From NCBI GenBank assembly GCA_905178155.1, contig CAJINV010000009.1, positions 2,271,373-2,335,372 of the forward strand: a stretch of DNA of 64,000 nucleotides, written 5' to 3'. Position numbers and translations under genes: made by a program. The stretch is from Amoebophrya sp. A120. Lineage: Eukaryota; Protista; Dinoflagellata. This document shows positions 38,701 to 49,579 of this stretch, one piece after another. Positions within the stretch are counted from its first letter, which is position 1. Each line of letters starts with the position of its first letter. Under the pieces are notes generated by a model, which was given only the letters and a program-made list of their open reading frames with translations, did no database searches and was not told the DNA's origin.

Positions 38701-39547
38701 CCCTAAGTTCCTGCGAAGTAGATGAAGTTGTGCTGGAGCTGGACGTCTTATCGATGCGGTAGACGTTCAGAACGCGTGCAGGGGCGAAATCTTGTTCCAT
38801 GAGGGCCATCTCCGCATTCAAGATCTCCGGCGCCGCAAACTGCAGCAGCTCTATCTGGACTGCCGTTTCCAGCGAATGCGCAGGCCTGCCGTACTCAAAC
38901 TTGAACCAGCGAAGGTTCTTTACGCCAGTTGTCGCGTCAGCGTTCTTCTTTCGTCCGCTCGCGTAGTAATCAGGCCACGAGACCACACTTGGCAAACCGT
39001 TTTGCAGGCGCGTGATACTGCTTGTCGGTACCACACCCAGCGGGACGGCTGCATTGACGCCGGTAGCCACGACGAGAAAGCTACACCCAGGCTCTGATAG
39101 TGTTGCGACGCAAATGTCAGTTGCTGCGCTGCTTGCGAGGTCAACCATCGTTGCGTCAAAACTGCCGTAGCGCAAAGGGTCCGGAGTTCGTGCTTTCTTT
39201 GCGGCGGCGGCGCCCTCTGCGGAGGTTGCTTGGAGAGTCGTTTCGTCAGCAGCATTCTCCAGCATCAGGCTAGGGTTTCCAACGAGGCCGAGGACAGAAA
39301 GTTCTGTCCGCTCAACATTTGGATCTCTTGCCGCGGTCTGTGCAGCGTCTTCGTCTGAGAAAAAGTCGCTCCTCTTGAAGCATTTTTTTTGGTACTGGGG
39401 CACGTAGTGAAAAATAAGACGACTCGTCGCAGCTGCAGGCGTCGCGGCACTGGTAACACTGCCGGCGGTCACCAGAATGCTGCAACAGAGAAGCCACATT
39501 CTTGTGCGGCTTCGCATTGTAGACTGGTTTCCCAATACGCCGGTCAA
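32711..39547 (-). CDS. Very large (~2270 aa) type I membrane/secreted protein of unknown function
   Basis: Uninterrupted ORF; signal peptide (MWLLCCSILVTAGSVTSA); hydrophobic segment VIVGLFKIFCIYLLVVFFLG near the C-terminus; Ser/Ala-rich linkers. Confidence 0.8.
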   Translation of the reverse strand: MTGVLGNQSTMRSRTRMWLLCCSILVTAGSVTSAATPAAATSRLIFHYVPQYQKKCFKRSDFFSDEDAAQTAARDPNVERTELSVLGLVGNPSLMLENAADETTLQATSAEGAAAAKKARTPDPLRYGSFDATMVDLASSAATDICVATLSEPGCSFLVVATGVNAAVPLGVVPTSSITRLQNGLPSVVSWPDYYASGRKKNADATTGVKNLRWFKFEYGRPAHSLETAVQIELLQFAAPEILNAEMALMEQDFAPARVLNVYRIDKTSSSSTTSSTSQELRDPLASYPLDFQGNRVWKLTLPTSVADHEKSESKDGVTSSRREELLLSIEDQLVNSDMITGAAAPSSKIAGNVAPVDGDSDMQYTPAMVLTVTANPESAALALAAANSENKVSDGQNQAEAAPIAARLVPHGVPARGYIEVPADVAPTAKVCAPIRYSTLFHAATDLTISLVTDDSNDFASSTAGSSAVASSKVATTWHLRAKAAPDLWSADSSPSLSTALSSTKTSAVGAAASAAIAEGESVMSAVSSTIKKSWSSVFGSGTSSSSASKTSETSADQIPAGSYLGAKLDISRTELAALSGSTTSASMTESGPVQMSNQLEIDVCLEGGAKLDKTSSSESSTTVAADENLLGGVAKKNPTGDESKTPGTIYFFELLVVSASEMITLEPGKPVTATIQSNHWQDFRIFVPPPTSVATQNPNYALTLSTHGENHARTYLVADVRHFARDPRAYRWKSGAQEDAGVDETIVLSPLHRVCKYGGMVHRKLCFVYVSTFAWFPEDGERGKSDNPLKDQAAEFTISATFNSPNSAGTDVSPAKGAAFSPKDGDDGSNLPVDAGDITATSNALQKHLVLREGVSQDVVTSSADTASVFKFEVDKRDEGIVVGLEHLEGRCRVKISAFDDVASDPTADGVAATPYADDAVLLTPGSPVLTEAANIAAAETNVASGVLDAGSAADASTGTAAAPASKSGVPVVPMKLFISVKAASAEKQMDAGETSTKASPSAHCRLTARGTRFVSPLQDGATVSGAVRPQFLNFFSVDPLDFRNSGANGIDLQLNVLAGGVDLCVKYGSSAAENKDAADASQNEMDSIAAHHCDLRTDTVSGRSALRLFAVAPSSLSTAAAAVENAITSVLPGTPTSIGPEQTKKARVIVFAREDTPSAYSLTASAKNTVATLLDGAPTEIFLSAEDAAATSSSTSSSALVKKTFKIAEGLSSTRTRFRLRVSNGGPVQVCFQAYLRDDSFGSNAKNGITLVPQIQIAGTAGLAADHSDLSGDASSAAIVYDWGRSAGATVGDNSDAVGTTAAPSTTGEDADSDKLKAALSGDGQSSSSSQTTSGAILSSLKSLAVGGIMGSSSTPGDVDTPEKKLFTPLVCLPNRTVTRFAAVDVMKPPPDLLDVIQDLRVHVSLADSTSTSGSEATSASVVLFSQRSNDVVLRDGQQVMDRIFALASANVGTVVASEYTNKNDFLPGTTYYRFFLFPTANFLLKALQIELTLDDSTAATASALASTLSCVSMGFSVLPTDDEDEEPANERGAAAQAAADQNLQLAEQIRIKESPKTSATKSLTATLPAYLVFQYRQRWLRIRVENRCSAQQANLKSLQYTVQVKSKNFFDSFSSTTKDVKPVKLVLDAPPQLVTFDDRDDDFGLASPDFYHVDLPANKAPAETMSPELKKKEEEDMKTALAMQKSADVNSGEGKSSLGAAAAKAVETVADNLEAAKEAVETKVDDLKTSVEDSVQNAKNKVEDAAKMTANKVMQLAPVSVIKPFSLSTDNDRVLRVDVCYGRVVVATGATVENLNVEHDDAASATRGSFSWSTVLGGKTEYVAVREARQEGDDTGAGGVMQPSASASASNTNSASSSSSDAEATSSSTIFSDSVLSQTLQPSYEISLKLSGAEQSSSSGSRFDLQLDKYGAFQYQSSAADSPQYDMLVLLDPDNAQTTNLRPETRCGFETLLAAVLEEKRWDANPRPLLRSQNNLLARRDTAAQVFFSRGSLLVLQPPLEQSGESSSKDGSATTIPLQDLLQQPQVASNLKSWASVAAVVMNTKTKALSKPLRFPASDLLTGVGVSSSEADVGAPRSFSMTVIVGLFKIFCIYLLVVFFLGRCLGISNWRKNYVYRRLFYFWDRVSVAVCGRRGRSSVDDDLFLDETTLDGNASPDAYHLPMVLEQDQAQARRRNGSGQQQTGGSYVPPKLGVEGAGTGKSSNAGFVFRSGTGSSSTTSGAATTAMGGNFSSAVAAANTAFVLSSGPVPVTSAESLRTNASLDESFANTYHTL

Positions 39548-41610
39548 ACCAAACTAACTGGTCATCGGTCTACTTGCCGGTCGAAGGCTTCACCTGCTTT
39601 GGCGAAACTTCATGTCATGACTTCTGCGAGGGAGACATGAGGCAGACAGAAAATTTTCCCGTCATCACTATGTTGTGAAAGAAATCTGATAGTGCGTTGT
39701 CATAGGTATCGTAGAAAAAAAAACACGGAGACGATTATAGCAGATGCTCACACACGAAAGTATATTCAATGCGGTACACCTCGAACAAAAACTTGAAAAT
39801 TCTATGTGCTGTTTCGATGATCATCTTCCGCTTTGTGTCTGGTTCTGTCGGTGAATCAACCTAGCAAAGAAAAAACGCTCTAAGTTGGCCATCTGACACT
39901 GAAATTTATCGGAGATTCGCTTTCAGAAAAAAATGCTCGTCGAAGAGGTAAACGTGGAATCATGATCCGATACTGCCAAATCAAATAGCGCTGCGCAAAA
40001 ATTGGAGAAGATAAACACTCGTTTTTACCTTATCATCTTGCTTCGATCGAGCGACCTTCTCCTGTCAATAAAGTTGCATCAAGAAAGACTCCGCTGCTTC
40101 TACGTTTTCCATGAATGCCAGCTATATTATGCCGGCAGTGCGCATGTTGCGCAAAACTTTATTTGAACACGAACACCATTGAAATTGCGGCAGCGAAAAG
40201 CGAAAGACTTCTGAGGCTCGTTGTAGTGGCACTTTTTTTGTACTTGTTCCAAAATAATCGCGTATGTCCAGGGAGAATCTTGCGAAATGAATAAGGATGA
40301 CTAGTAGCGGCGATTCTTCCCGGGTGGAATACTTTTCCTTTTGCATCAGCGTCGGCGTCGCATTCTCCGGGTAGAAATAGATTTTCATAAGTGCATGCGA
40401 GTACTCAAATGACTCGTCCTAATCATCGATCCTCATTCTCACCTATCAAGCCTCGTAGGTGAATCTGCAGCTCGTAAAACTATCACAAGAATTGTAATTC
40501 CGTGTAAGTTTTACAAGTATAAATTCGCAATTCTACGCTTGTACCATGCAAATGAAGTGCCGATGTAGCATCATAGAGGTCAGGATAGTTTTGGCGCGAT
40601 GCTGAGAGCTGATACCTGACTGCGTATCTAGCTCCTTTTCGGTTTTCGATTTGAGGCGCTTCATTAGACGGAGATCCGGACAATAAGTACTGTGTTTTGA
40701 TGTGAAGCACTGAAAGAGAAGGGGTCGTTACTCGTTAGTTTGCAATGGGGGTCGTTACGTTTGTAGTGGAAAAAGTACGTCATGAGTAGAGAAAACAAAG
40801 TTAATATATGAAGTTACTCTAAAAGCAAAACAAGAACGATGTAAAGATAAAGCAGAAAAAAAAGCCTTCAATTTTTGCACACGATGGATAGCATGCTCAC
40901 TTTTAGCGCACACCCGCGCGCGAAACGGGACGGCGATAAGGATTCCCCTACTCATGAGTAGACTCATCCTCCTCGCCACCTCGCTCCGCAACAACGATTG
41001 CATTTTTCACTTTCCACTTTTATAGCGTTTTCTCCTTTTTACTCCGTCCGAGTTGTCACGTGGATCCACCTAGGCTGCAGGTGCGTGGCACCTAGGCTGG
41101 AGTCGAATCCACAACCCTGGCTCAGCAGCAGCGAGCTTTTTAAACAAGATTTTTTTGTCACAGAAAATTGAATAAATTGCTTGGTACCACAGAAGTATTA
41201 ACTCGCGTATAAAAGACAACCCGAATATCAGAAGCAGATTTCCCACAATCAATGGAACGAGGTACTATGCTAAGAATATTCAGAGAGTTTTTATCCACAA
41301 GGAGAGCTTGTAATCGAAAGCCACTTGGACGGCGACGATTTTGAATCTTTACCTGATTTTGAATGATGAAAACCACTGTGCCAGCTTGACACTGCAGTCT
41401 TCATCACTTCGATACAGACACATCACATACGCAGTGTTCTTAGGCTTCATCTGATCGATTCAATAGTAAATTGGAATCGATAAAGCCGTGTAGTAGTTAT
41501 AATTTTCTAGTCGATTTTCACAATTAGAAAACAAAGTTTCAACTTGGAAAGAGAAGAGAACTCGATAAAAGTTTGATCCTCTCAACTTGAATGAGTTTCC
41601 TTCCTCTCTC

Positions 41611-42976
41611 TCAATTGTATCTGCTCAGGTAGATTTCCTCCTCCTCCGTGCTGGTCGCAGGTTCTTCGTCGTTGTTGAAGTTGGAGGCTTCAGGGTCGTC
41701 GTACTCGTCAGAGCTGTCGCTCTCTTTCATGCGGTACCCGCTGCTGCTGCTGTAGCCGACCATTTGCGCGGGGCTGCCCAACCCGATCGGCGGCGTTTTC
41801 GGATCGTTGCTTGGTTCCACACCACCGCCCGTCGCTGCAAACGCCCGCTTGAACGCGGACACGTAGAATGCGGGGTTGGTGTAGGTGGATTTTTTGCTCG
41901 CATCGGACGAACCAGCATCGTTTTCCGTGCTTGTCGTTTGCTCTCCGTGCGGGCGCTCGTCCTGGGCGGAGTAGTAGTCGCTGTAGCAGCCACTCTCCAC
42001 CACCGGTTGCTCATCATGACCACGCGCAGCTGCTGCAACCTTGACGCTGCCAGGCTGCGCGGACGTCGCGGTCGTGGAAAAAACCGAAGCAATCCGGATC
42101 TTCGACGAGGAGTGCACGGAAGAGTCCACCCCCGAGGAGCGCGCGGAGCTGTCGCTGGCCCAACCCGAGGCCGAGCTGCTCCCTCCCGAAGCGCTGGAGG
42201 GCGGCGGGGACCGGTTGTGCGCGCCGTCGACGCCGGACTTCCCACGGTTGGGCGACCCGTGCAGGCTCTTGGAGTACTGCTGGAAGTGCTCATCCGCGTC
42301 ACTGTCGCGCGCAACCGTGTCCACGAGGACGCCAGCACCCTCGATCTGCTCCTCCCAATCCGGCGCCACCGTGCTTTGGTCCTGATATCAATTTCATCGA
42401 AAAACATAGATACTAACGTGATATCATGTTGCTTGCATCAGAATGAGTCACATCGTCCAGTTCATAATCCTTGATGACTCAGCCTCTGACTCAGAGCAGA
42501 AGCTACCACGACGAATGAGAGGACGTGCACGTGGTGAGACAAGAAACTACGTATACATTTCTACTTTTGTTTCGTCGATTTTGACTCTTCGGCCACTGAA
42601 AGCGCGAAATCACTGAAGAAACAAGAAGACGCAATCGACGACCATACAACGAGCTGCGTATTTTAGCATGTGCTTGTAGTTTCTATCTCTGCAAGTTGTT
42701 GTAGCACGAGCACGAACTGCAAAGCCGAACAAGAAGAATAAAGCAATCAGCGCAATCAAAATCATGTCATACCCGGCCCGAGTCTTCCGCGGCGCCGAAG
42801 AAGTAGTCGTAATTCGTTTGCTCGGGGTCCACCGCCTCACCCGTAGCGGCGTTGATCAGGTTTTCCATCACGTCATCGTCGACTGCATCTCCCGCGTGCA
42901 CCCGTTTCACCCGATCCCGTTCTGCCTTTGGCACCCGGTGGCAGCAACAGGGGCACAATTTGCGGCAGAACCCCAT
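41611..42976 (-). CDS. Hypothetical protein, 2 exons, possible N-terminal acylation motif
   Basis: MGFCRKLCPCCC start; donor CGG|gtatga near 42772 and acceptor atcag|GAC near 42383 join in frame. Confidence 0.6.
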
Positions 42977-44410
42977 CTTCGTACTGGTGAGGAGCGGTGC
43001 CGGCTTTCACAAGGTTGATGTGCAGCTGCGGGGTTGTAGTCGTACAGAAACGAGCAGTGGCCCGAATGCTACTCTCTCGACGGTTTTTTCGTTTCTGTTT
43101 TCAGATGAAAACCTGTTTATCTTGCTTGCTCGACGTTATTTCTCCTAGCACGGTCCTCCGGACACAGGAATTGCGTCAGAAGCGCTGCTGCAAGAAGGTT
43201 GCTCACAAGAAACGAGGCTGTCAAGAACCACGCTCTATCTTGCTACACATCCGTCAACATGCAAACTACAATCGCCGTCATGTCTGTTTGCTGTTGGACG
43301 CTTGTCAAGAAGTGATATTAAGGTTTTGGTTTTTCGTTGGTCGTGTTCAAAACGGTAAAAAGAAGAATTTTCAAACAGAAGGAAGTAAGTGAAAAAAGCA
43401 CCGTTGTTCAATAATTTGCTCAACAAGGGACGTTGGTGATAGAGAAAATAAAGTCAAGACCAGCAATGAACGGGGAGTCCAAAGCCGAATACAAGACCAC
43501 CTGCAATCGGTTTTGCGAAGAGATTTTAAAGCGAAACAAGAAAAATGCTGCACAGTAACTTAAACTTTTTCACGAAAATGCAAACACTACAGTTACAAGT
43601 TGTGACTTAGAGTCACTACCGATGAAGCGTAAAGCAGTATTGAACGCCAAGGAATCATCATCTTGTACGAAGGTTACCGAGTCGGAAGCTGCACAAGCCA
43701 AGGACGATGACAGCGAAGCAAAGCGAAGCATGATTACGCACGTACGACCGATGTTGATGGCGCACCACCCGGTCCCGTGGACGAGCAAAAAAACCGAGCA
43801 CCGCTGCATGAAGAGGACGTGTAGAAACAGCAAGCTGTACGAATATGAAAAGGCATGAAGAGACGAACTAACTGGCGCAAGTTTTTGTACGAGCTCACAC
43901 CACACCGACGACTTTACTGGGCGCACGAGCAACCGACCTGTGCTTGTCGAACTTGTCTTTTAGAGCAAACGAGATTCAGGTACCGTTATGTATTCTCACC
44001 GAGCATTTTGATTTTCAAGTTCCAGTATGTCTTTATAAAACAGTGACAAACTGTCTGAGAAAACAAGATATCAGAATCACGGGGTGGTTGCATGACACGA
44101 CTCTGTACAGGCACCACACTCAGCGCGATCGAATCAAAGCTACTTTTGGTTCTTTAGCATGATCGACCTCCTTAATGCAGGCGACAAAACAATGCTTGCG
44201 GTGCAGTGGTCCTTCCTTCATTTATGGTTATGGTAACGGTTATGCACAACGTCAGCATGGAAAAGAAAATGCAACGCACACAACTTCGCAATCGATCGCC
44301 CGCGACCCGGTATGAACCCCCAGTGAAGGCCGCTATGCCAGTTCTGTCATTCTTTGTGAAAGACGGCCTTTGCGCTTTGTTGTGGAGCTTCGTATCGCAG
44401 TGTCTTCTAC

Positions 44411-45814
44411 TCACGGCTTTGGTTCATTTGGCAGGACACCCATAAATCCAGTTCCAGGTGCAGGCACTCCTGGGATCCCGGGCGGCGCAGGACCCCACAT
44501 TGGTGCCACCTCATGCGGAAGTCCAGTCGAGTTCTCCGGCGGACCTCCCCACACCATCACCGGAGTCTGGAGTAGATATGGATTGTCGCTTATGGTTATC
44601 GACGAAAAAAACAAGGCATATACTCCGCTACAGCTGCCAGCCGAAGCAAACACTAAAAACGAGCGAAAATCAATGACGAGACGTGGTAGAAATGGTGGGC
44701 AGGAAAAAAGTAACTGAACACATAAAGGCAAAGCTCAAAAAGGCTCTAGCTCTCGAGTATGTACCTCTGGCGGCAGCTTTGTGTCCGGGTACCACCCCGC
44801 GGCCTTTGCGGCGGCCTTCGATGCAGCAGCGAATTCTGCGGCTCCGAAGGGAGCGGGGACCTGCGCTGCAAAGTACTCCGGAGCGCCTTCTTCGGCCTGG
44901 ACTTTGTAGGCGTCCACACCCGTCACCGCGATTTCGTCTGGCGGCGCCGGCGTGACAAAACACGGCGTGACGGCCGGCACACCACCCCCGCACGGGATCC
45001 CGTACTCGGAAGTCTGCTCGTCGCACTTCGACACGCAGTCCAGCACCTTGGATCCGGCTTCCGGACCCGGGTTCCCCGCGCCATAGCAGGACACGGTGCC
45101 GACACCGCCCACCTCGCAGGGCCCACACGTGGACTCGGTTTGGCCGTTCAGGTCGTACTGGATCCACATGCACTTCGTTTCGGACGCGTCCCCCTTGCTC
45201 ATACACTGGTTCTTCGTGATCTGCTTATCCAGCACGTCCGTGCAGGGACTCACCTTCGTCAGTACCTCCTGGTGGCCGCACGCCATGTCGCACTTTACTA
45301 CTTTCTGCATCGCGAAGACGCTCTGCTCCGCCGGACACGGCACACTTGTTTCCCCGAAGGTGCAGGGAAGACACAGCGACGGCGCGTTCTCGAGCTGCAA
45401 GAACATGCAGTGTTGTGCGTTACCCACGTCCAAGCTATGGCGATGTCAACTATCTCAGCAGAAACGTTCTCAAAAATTTTTGGACCAGCACTTTTCTGGC
45501 CATACCATCGGGAATTAACAACGTTCTCAAACCATAAAAATTTTGAGAATCTTTTTGTTGAGATAGTTGACGTCGCCATACAAGCAGCGCTTCTCATCTC
45601 CATGAAACTGTGTGCATGGCGAGTCCGGTTCGGTCAGCTGCAACAGGTTGAGAACGGGAGCAAGATGGGCGTGGCTCGGGCTTCTTGCTGGAAGATGCAC
45701 CTCCTTAAAGAGTCGAAGTCCCAGGGCACCAACCACATGTTGAAGCAAATAGCTCAGCACAAAAGAAAGCGACTGAAAAAGTAGTCGCTTTTTCCGTAAT
45801 CCCACAAACGACAT
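44411..45814 (-). CDS. Cys-rich secreted protein with Pro/Gly-rich tail, copy 1 (complete 3' end, contains introner)
   Basis: ORFs 45527..45862, 44735..45433 and 44411..44731 are collinear with uninterrupted paralogue ORF 51888..52865. Confidence 0.75.
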
Positions 45815-46099
45815 CTCCTCGACTGCACGCAGCACCGCAGGCAGCGGAAACTGCAAAGACACGACCTGAGTAATCCCTTACATTTTTCGTTTCTTGTTTC
45901 TACAGAACATCTCCATCTACCAGTGCCCTGCGCGGCTGCTACCCTGAAGGAACACGCACAGAAGCAAATTTCGCTCGAGAGTTTAATACCACATTCTCAA
46001 TGCCGTGACGTCTACGGACTTGAAGACGGTGAACAAAAGCGCGCCGAAGATATCATATCTTTCGCGGAGTGGTAGTGTGCGAAGTCAATCCGCGGGGTC
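44495..46099. repeat. ~1.5-kb direct repeat, copy 1
   Basis: Near-identical to 51639-53109 apart from SNPs, small indels and the 150-bp insertion. Confidence 0.95.
45436..45580. mobile_element. Introner family C, 145 bp; empty site in paralogue
   Basis: ~45-bp imperfect TIR TATGGCGA(T/C)GTCAACTATCTCA...; CAAGC duplicated at 45431-45435 and 45581-45585; paralogue has a single CAAGC at ~52584. Confidence 0.97.
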
Positions 46100-46127
46100 G
46101 TGAATCGAACTCCTCCAATCTCATAAT

Positions 46128-46272
46128 TAATATCAAGCCACGCAATTCAAAAGAAAAACGCAGGACTCGTCGAAGTCTTAATACCCGAAGAGCCATAGCC
46201 TTGGTGAGTTTGGTAGTATTTGTCATATGTTATTGAGATGTCGTAGGTCCGCAATTTGGTGGACTCCTTTCC
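46128..46272 (-). pseudogene. ATG3: Atg3 exon-3/intron-3 fragment, frameshifted
   Basis: Matches about 4719-4857; 2-nt insertion (ggtgagttt versus ggtgttt) and an altered donor. Confidence 0.9.
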
Positions 46273-46280
46273 TCAAAAAC

Positions 46281-47769
46281 TCACATCTTTCTTCCTACGC
46301 ATCTCGTTTCGACGGAGCCGTTGCCGAACCAATCACTCCACCACGACTGCACGGCCAGCCATGCCCACTCCGGAAGCGCGTTAAACCTTTGTTTTGATTC
46401 AATATCAGTGGGAAATGACTGAAGAAGTTGCTCTAGTATGGCTGTGCTTTGTTTCCCCAACGTGGACGAGATGAGCAAAGTGAATTGTAGGATGAGTTTC
46501 ATCTTCCAGGAGGCTCCAACAGTGTAAGAACCAACAAGAATACCAGAATTGGTAATTGCTTGGCCACTCCCGGTGGTAGGAGTGGCATTCCTCCCCCGAC
46601 ACGGAAAACCCTGCTTTTGTCATCAAATTTCCTAGCTCTTGTGCGCCAAATCCCGCCAGATGTTGATTGATGTCTTTTCCGTCGTAGGTTTCCGCCAACT
46701 CCGTGTACCATGGCACCACCGCCACAAACACCCCGGTCCTCGGTTTCACCTTCTTGTAAATCTTTCGCAGTTCGCACAACGCGCACTCCAAGTGCTCCAA
46801 GACGTGGTGGGTCAGGATCAAATCATACGTGTCGTCCGGGAGTTTCTCCACGTTGTCGACGGTCGCGTTGATGCCGAACTTCGGTCTGAGAACCGTGTCT
46901 GCGTGATCCCGGGCGGCCGGGTTGACTTCGACGCCGATAGCCTCGAGAGAACAGCCGATTTGAGGCGCGGACTTACCTGTTTTCATTAAGACACCAAGAT
47001 TAATACAGCAGGATTGGCGAGCTTACCGAACATAACGGCATCATGGGTCGTGCAACAGATGTCAGAGTACTTGTACTTCTTCGTGCCGTCCTTTCCAGTT
47101 CCAGTACAACGTCAACGTGAAGAACGTAGAATTATTTCCGTCAACGTGAAGAACGAAGATACCGTCCTTTGCCGGAAACTTGAAGACTTCTTGATTTCGC
47201 AGCGACGATATGATGTGCCCCGAGCTGGATCCGAACTCTGCGCATCTCGTATCAGGGCGCACGAACTCCCTCCAGTAGTGCGCCTGTGCGCGCGAGCCAA
47301 ACTCGTTCATGCTTAGCTGCCACTGTTGGTACTTACTGTCGTAGTGGGACGTCACCTCCTTCGAGCCGCCACTTGCGGTTGCCGCGGCATTTGCTTGCTC
47401 TATTGCTGTAGAGGAGGACGAGGCCGAAGCGCTGCTCGATGAACTGCTCTCGCTGGTTACAGCTGCCGTCGCCGTCGGTGCTGCAGTCGCTTTCTGCTCC
47501 GCTTCTGTGGATGTCGTACGGTCACCAGATGACGTGCTGCTCGTCCCACCTCCTCGCGCTAGCATTGGAACAGGAGGAGCTGAAGACCCTGTTCTTGCTG
47601 CACCTCCGCCCGGTCCAATGTTGTACATGCTCACTCTGCAAGCCGTGCTGCCGGATGTTGCACTAGACGACGCCGTCGCGCGGTCACGGAGACAGACCAA
47701 TCCCATCGTGCTCGCTCCAAGCAGAAGCCCGCTCCAGAACTTCCCGTCAGAACCGTACGACAGAGCCAT
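46281..47769 (-). CDS. Class I SAM-dependent methyltransferase (Methyltransf_11/23-like) with N-terminal anchor, multi-exon
   Basis: AEFGSSSGHII, IGVEVNP, YDLILTHHVLEHLE, GVFVAVVP, HLAGF; middle junctions unresolved. Confidence 0.75.
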
Positions 47770-47825
47770 CCTTGATTTTCTCGTCTCTGCAATACCTGCT
47801 GTGCCTAGCGAAAAGTTGTAAGTGG

Positions 47826-48648
47826 CTTACTTATCGGCAGGGCAAAACCATGACAAAACGAATGCAGCTGAGCTGCAGGACCTGCGATCTTGTTGTTGAT
47901 CTTCTTCTTCATCTTGATCTTTGTCTTTCACTTCCTCTGTTCGGAAAAATAAAAAAACATCGGAGTAGAGGGCAAGAACAAACCAAGATCCCGCCAACCC
48001 TCTTCCTGGGGAAAAGCTTCTGTTTCTGCATCGATGTGGATCTCCGGAATAGTGTAGTCGGGCTTCTCCGACTATGGTGGTTTTCGAGTAAACTGTTCTT
48101 GCGGTCTGTCAAAAAGGTGTAGCCCTGTTGTAAGTAGAGCTGTGACCTGTCCAGCTCAACATCAGGACGTGCAGGGCACGAAGCCAGAAACGCTCACTCT
48201 ACGGCATTGCCAGCAACAACTCCAACTACACGCGGGATCCGCAATCGGGAACGCAATCACCGTGTTGCAGCAACATGTCTGAATTGTTTTGAAAAAGTTG
48301 AAGAAGTGTGTGTCATTGCAAGCATTCCCCAGACCGGTTTTTGGGGGCCTCCGCTGCGGGCTGCCTGCGCTAAAGTTCGATATCCATGGTGAAGTCGTAA
48401 TCAATAGTCGGGACGACAGAGGAGATAAACTTCAAGAAGACGAACAAAGCCAGATCGTGGCGCGGCTGCAGGCCCTGCTCCATCCAATCCCGGATAACCT
48501 TCTTCATCACTGCTGCGTGCTGTTATCATTTGGATTACCTTCCAAGAAAAACTTCCCGCATTTGTATTTTCGAAGTAGCATTTCGTGATCGGTGCATACA
48601 GCCATTCGATTAATAGCAAAAAAAGGTCTTTTTGTTGTTTGAAGTTAG
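47826..48648 (-). pseudogene. ATG3: Duplicated Atg3 last exon (48370-48519) plus downstream non-coding region
   Basis: Diverged copy of 3669-~4489; no upstream Atg3 exons adjacent. Confidence 0.9.
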
Positions 48649-48659
48649 GGTGTCCAGGA

Positions 48660-49345
48660 GCGGCAGCCGGCAGGCAGAGGCCAGGCAGGGGCGGTAGCCG
48701 GCAGGCAGAGGCCAGGGGCGGCAGCCGGCAGGCAGAGGCTAGCGGCGGCCGGCCGGCCGAGGCTAGCGGGAGCCGGCGGGCCGGGGCGAGCGGCAGCCGG
48801 CAGGCCGGGGCGAGCGGCAGCCGGCAGGCCGGGGCTAGCGGCAGCCGGCAGGCCGGGGCTAGCGGCAGCCGGCAGGCCGGCGCTAGCGGCAGCCGGCAGG
48901 CCGCAGGCAGCGGCAAAAAGGGGCCAGCGGCAGGCTGGGGCAAGCGGCAGGAAGAGGCTAGCGGCACGCAGGGAGAGGCCAGCGGCAGGAAGGGGCCAGC
49001 GGCAAGCGGGGGCCAGCGGCAGGGAGGCCAGCGGCAGGCAGAGGCCAGCATGCGAGCGGCAGGAAGGGGCCAACATCAGGTAGAGGCCAGCGGCAGGCAG
49101 CCGGAAGGCCGAGGCTAGCGGCGGCCAGCCGGCGGGCCGAGGCTACCTTGCGGCAGGCAGCGGCGGGCAGAAGCCAGCGGTAGGACTAGCGGTAGCCGGC
49201 AGGCAGGGGCTGGGGGGCGGCAGCCGGCGGGCAGAGGCTGGCGGCAGCCGGCAGGCAGAGGCCAGCGGCAGCCGGCAGGGGCTAGCGCGCGGCAGTCGGC
49301 GGGCTAGCGGCAGCCGGTCGGCAGACAGGCCGACAGAGAGTCGCC
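48660..49345. repeat. Very GC-rich degenerate tandem repeat, ~24-nt unit GGCAGCCGGCAGGCCGGGGCTAGC
   Basis: Directly visible; strongly T-poor on the plus strand. Confidence 0.92.
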
Positions 49346-49579
49346 CTGGCAAGCCGGAGCGGGGCAAGCAGCTGGCGCGGGTTTGTCACGAGCCGGCGCG
49401 CGAACGCGCACAACGCCCCCACTGACATCGGGCCCCCTGTCCCTGTCTCCTTGGAGTTTATTCCGCCACCGACTTACCGGTCGCAACCGACAACCCCAAG
49501 ACCAGGCGAGCCCAGCAGGGCTCGCCCCGAGGCTTGTTACAAATTATTTCCACTTTCAGGATTTCCATTCTGAGGCTGT

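Noticed and set aside
39650-41600. 2-kb gap with short ORFs and a repeated cacctaggctg
   Set aside because: No supportable gene, RNA or element boundaries
43000-44400. Short ORFs on both strands
   Set aside because: No recognisable motif; treated as UTR or intergenic
48646-48651. TTAGGG at the Atg3-copy/GC-repeat junction as a telomere seed
   Set aside because: A single unit is expected by chance
48401-49486. ORFs across the GC-rich repeat
   Set aside because: Open in several frames only because the repeat lacks stop codons
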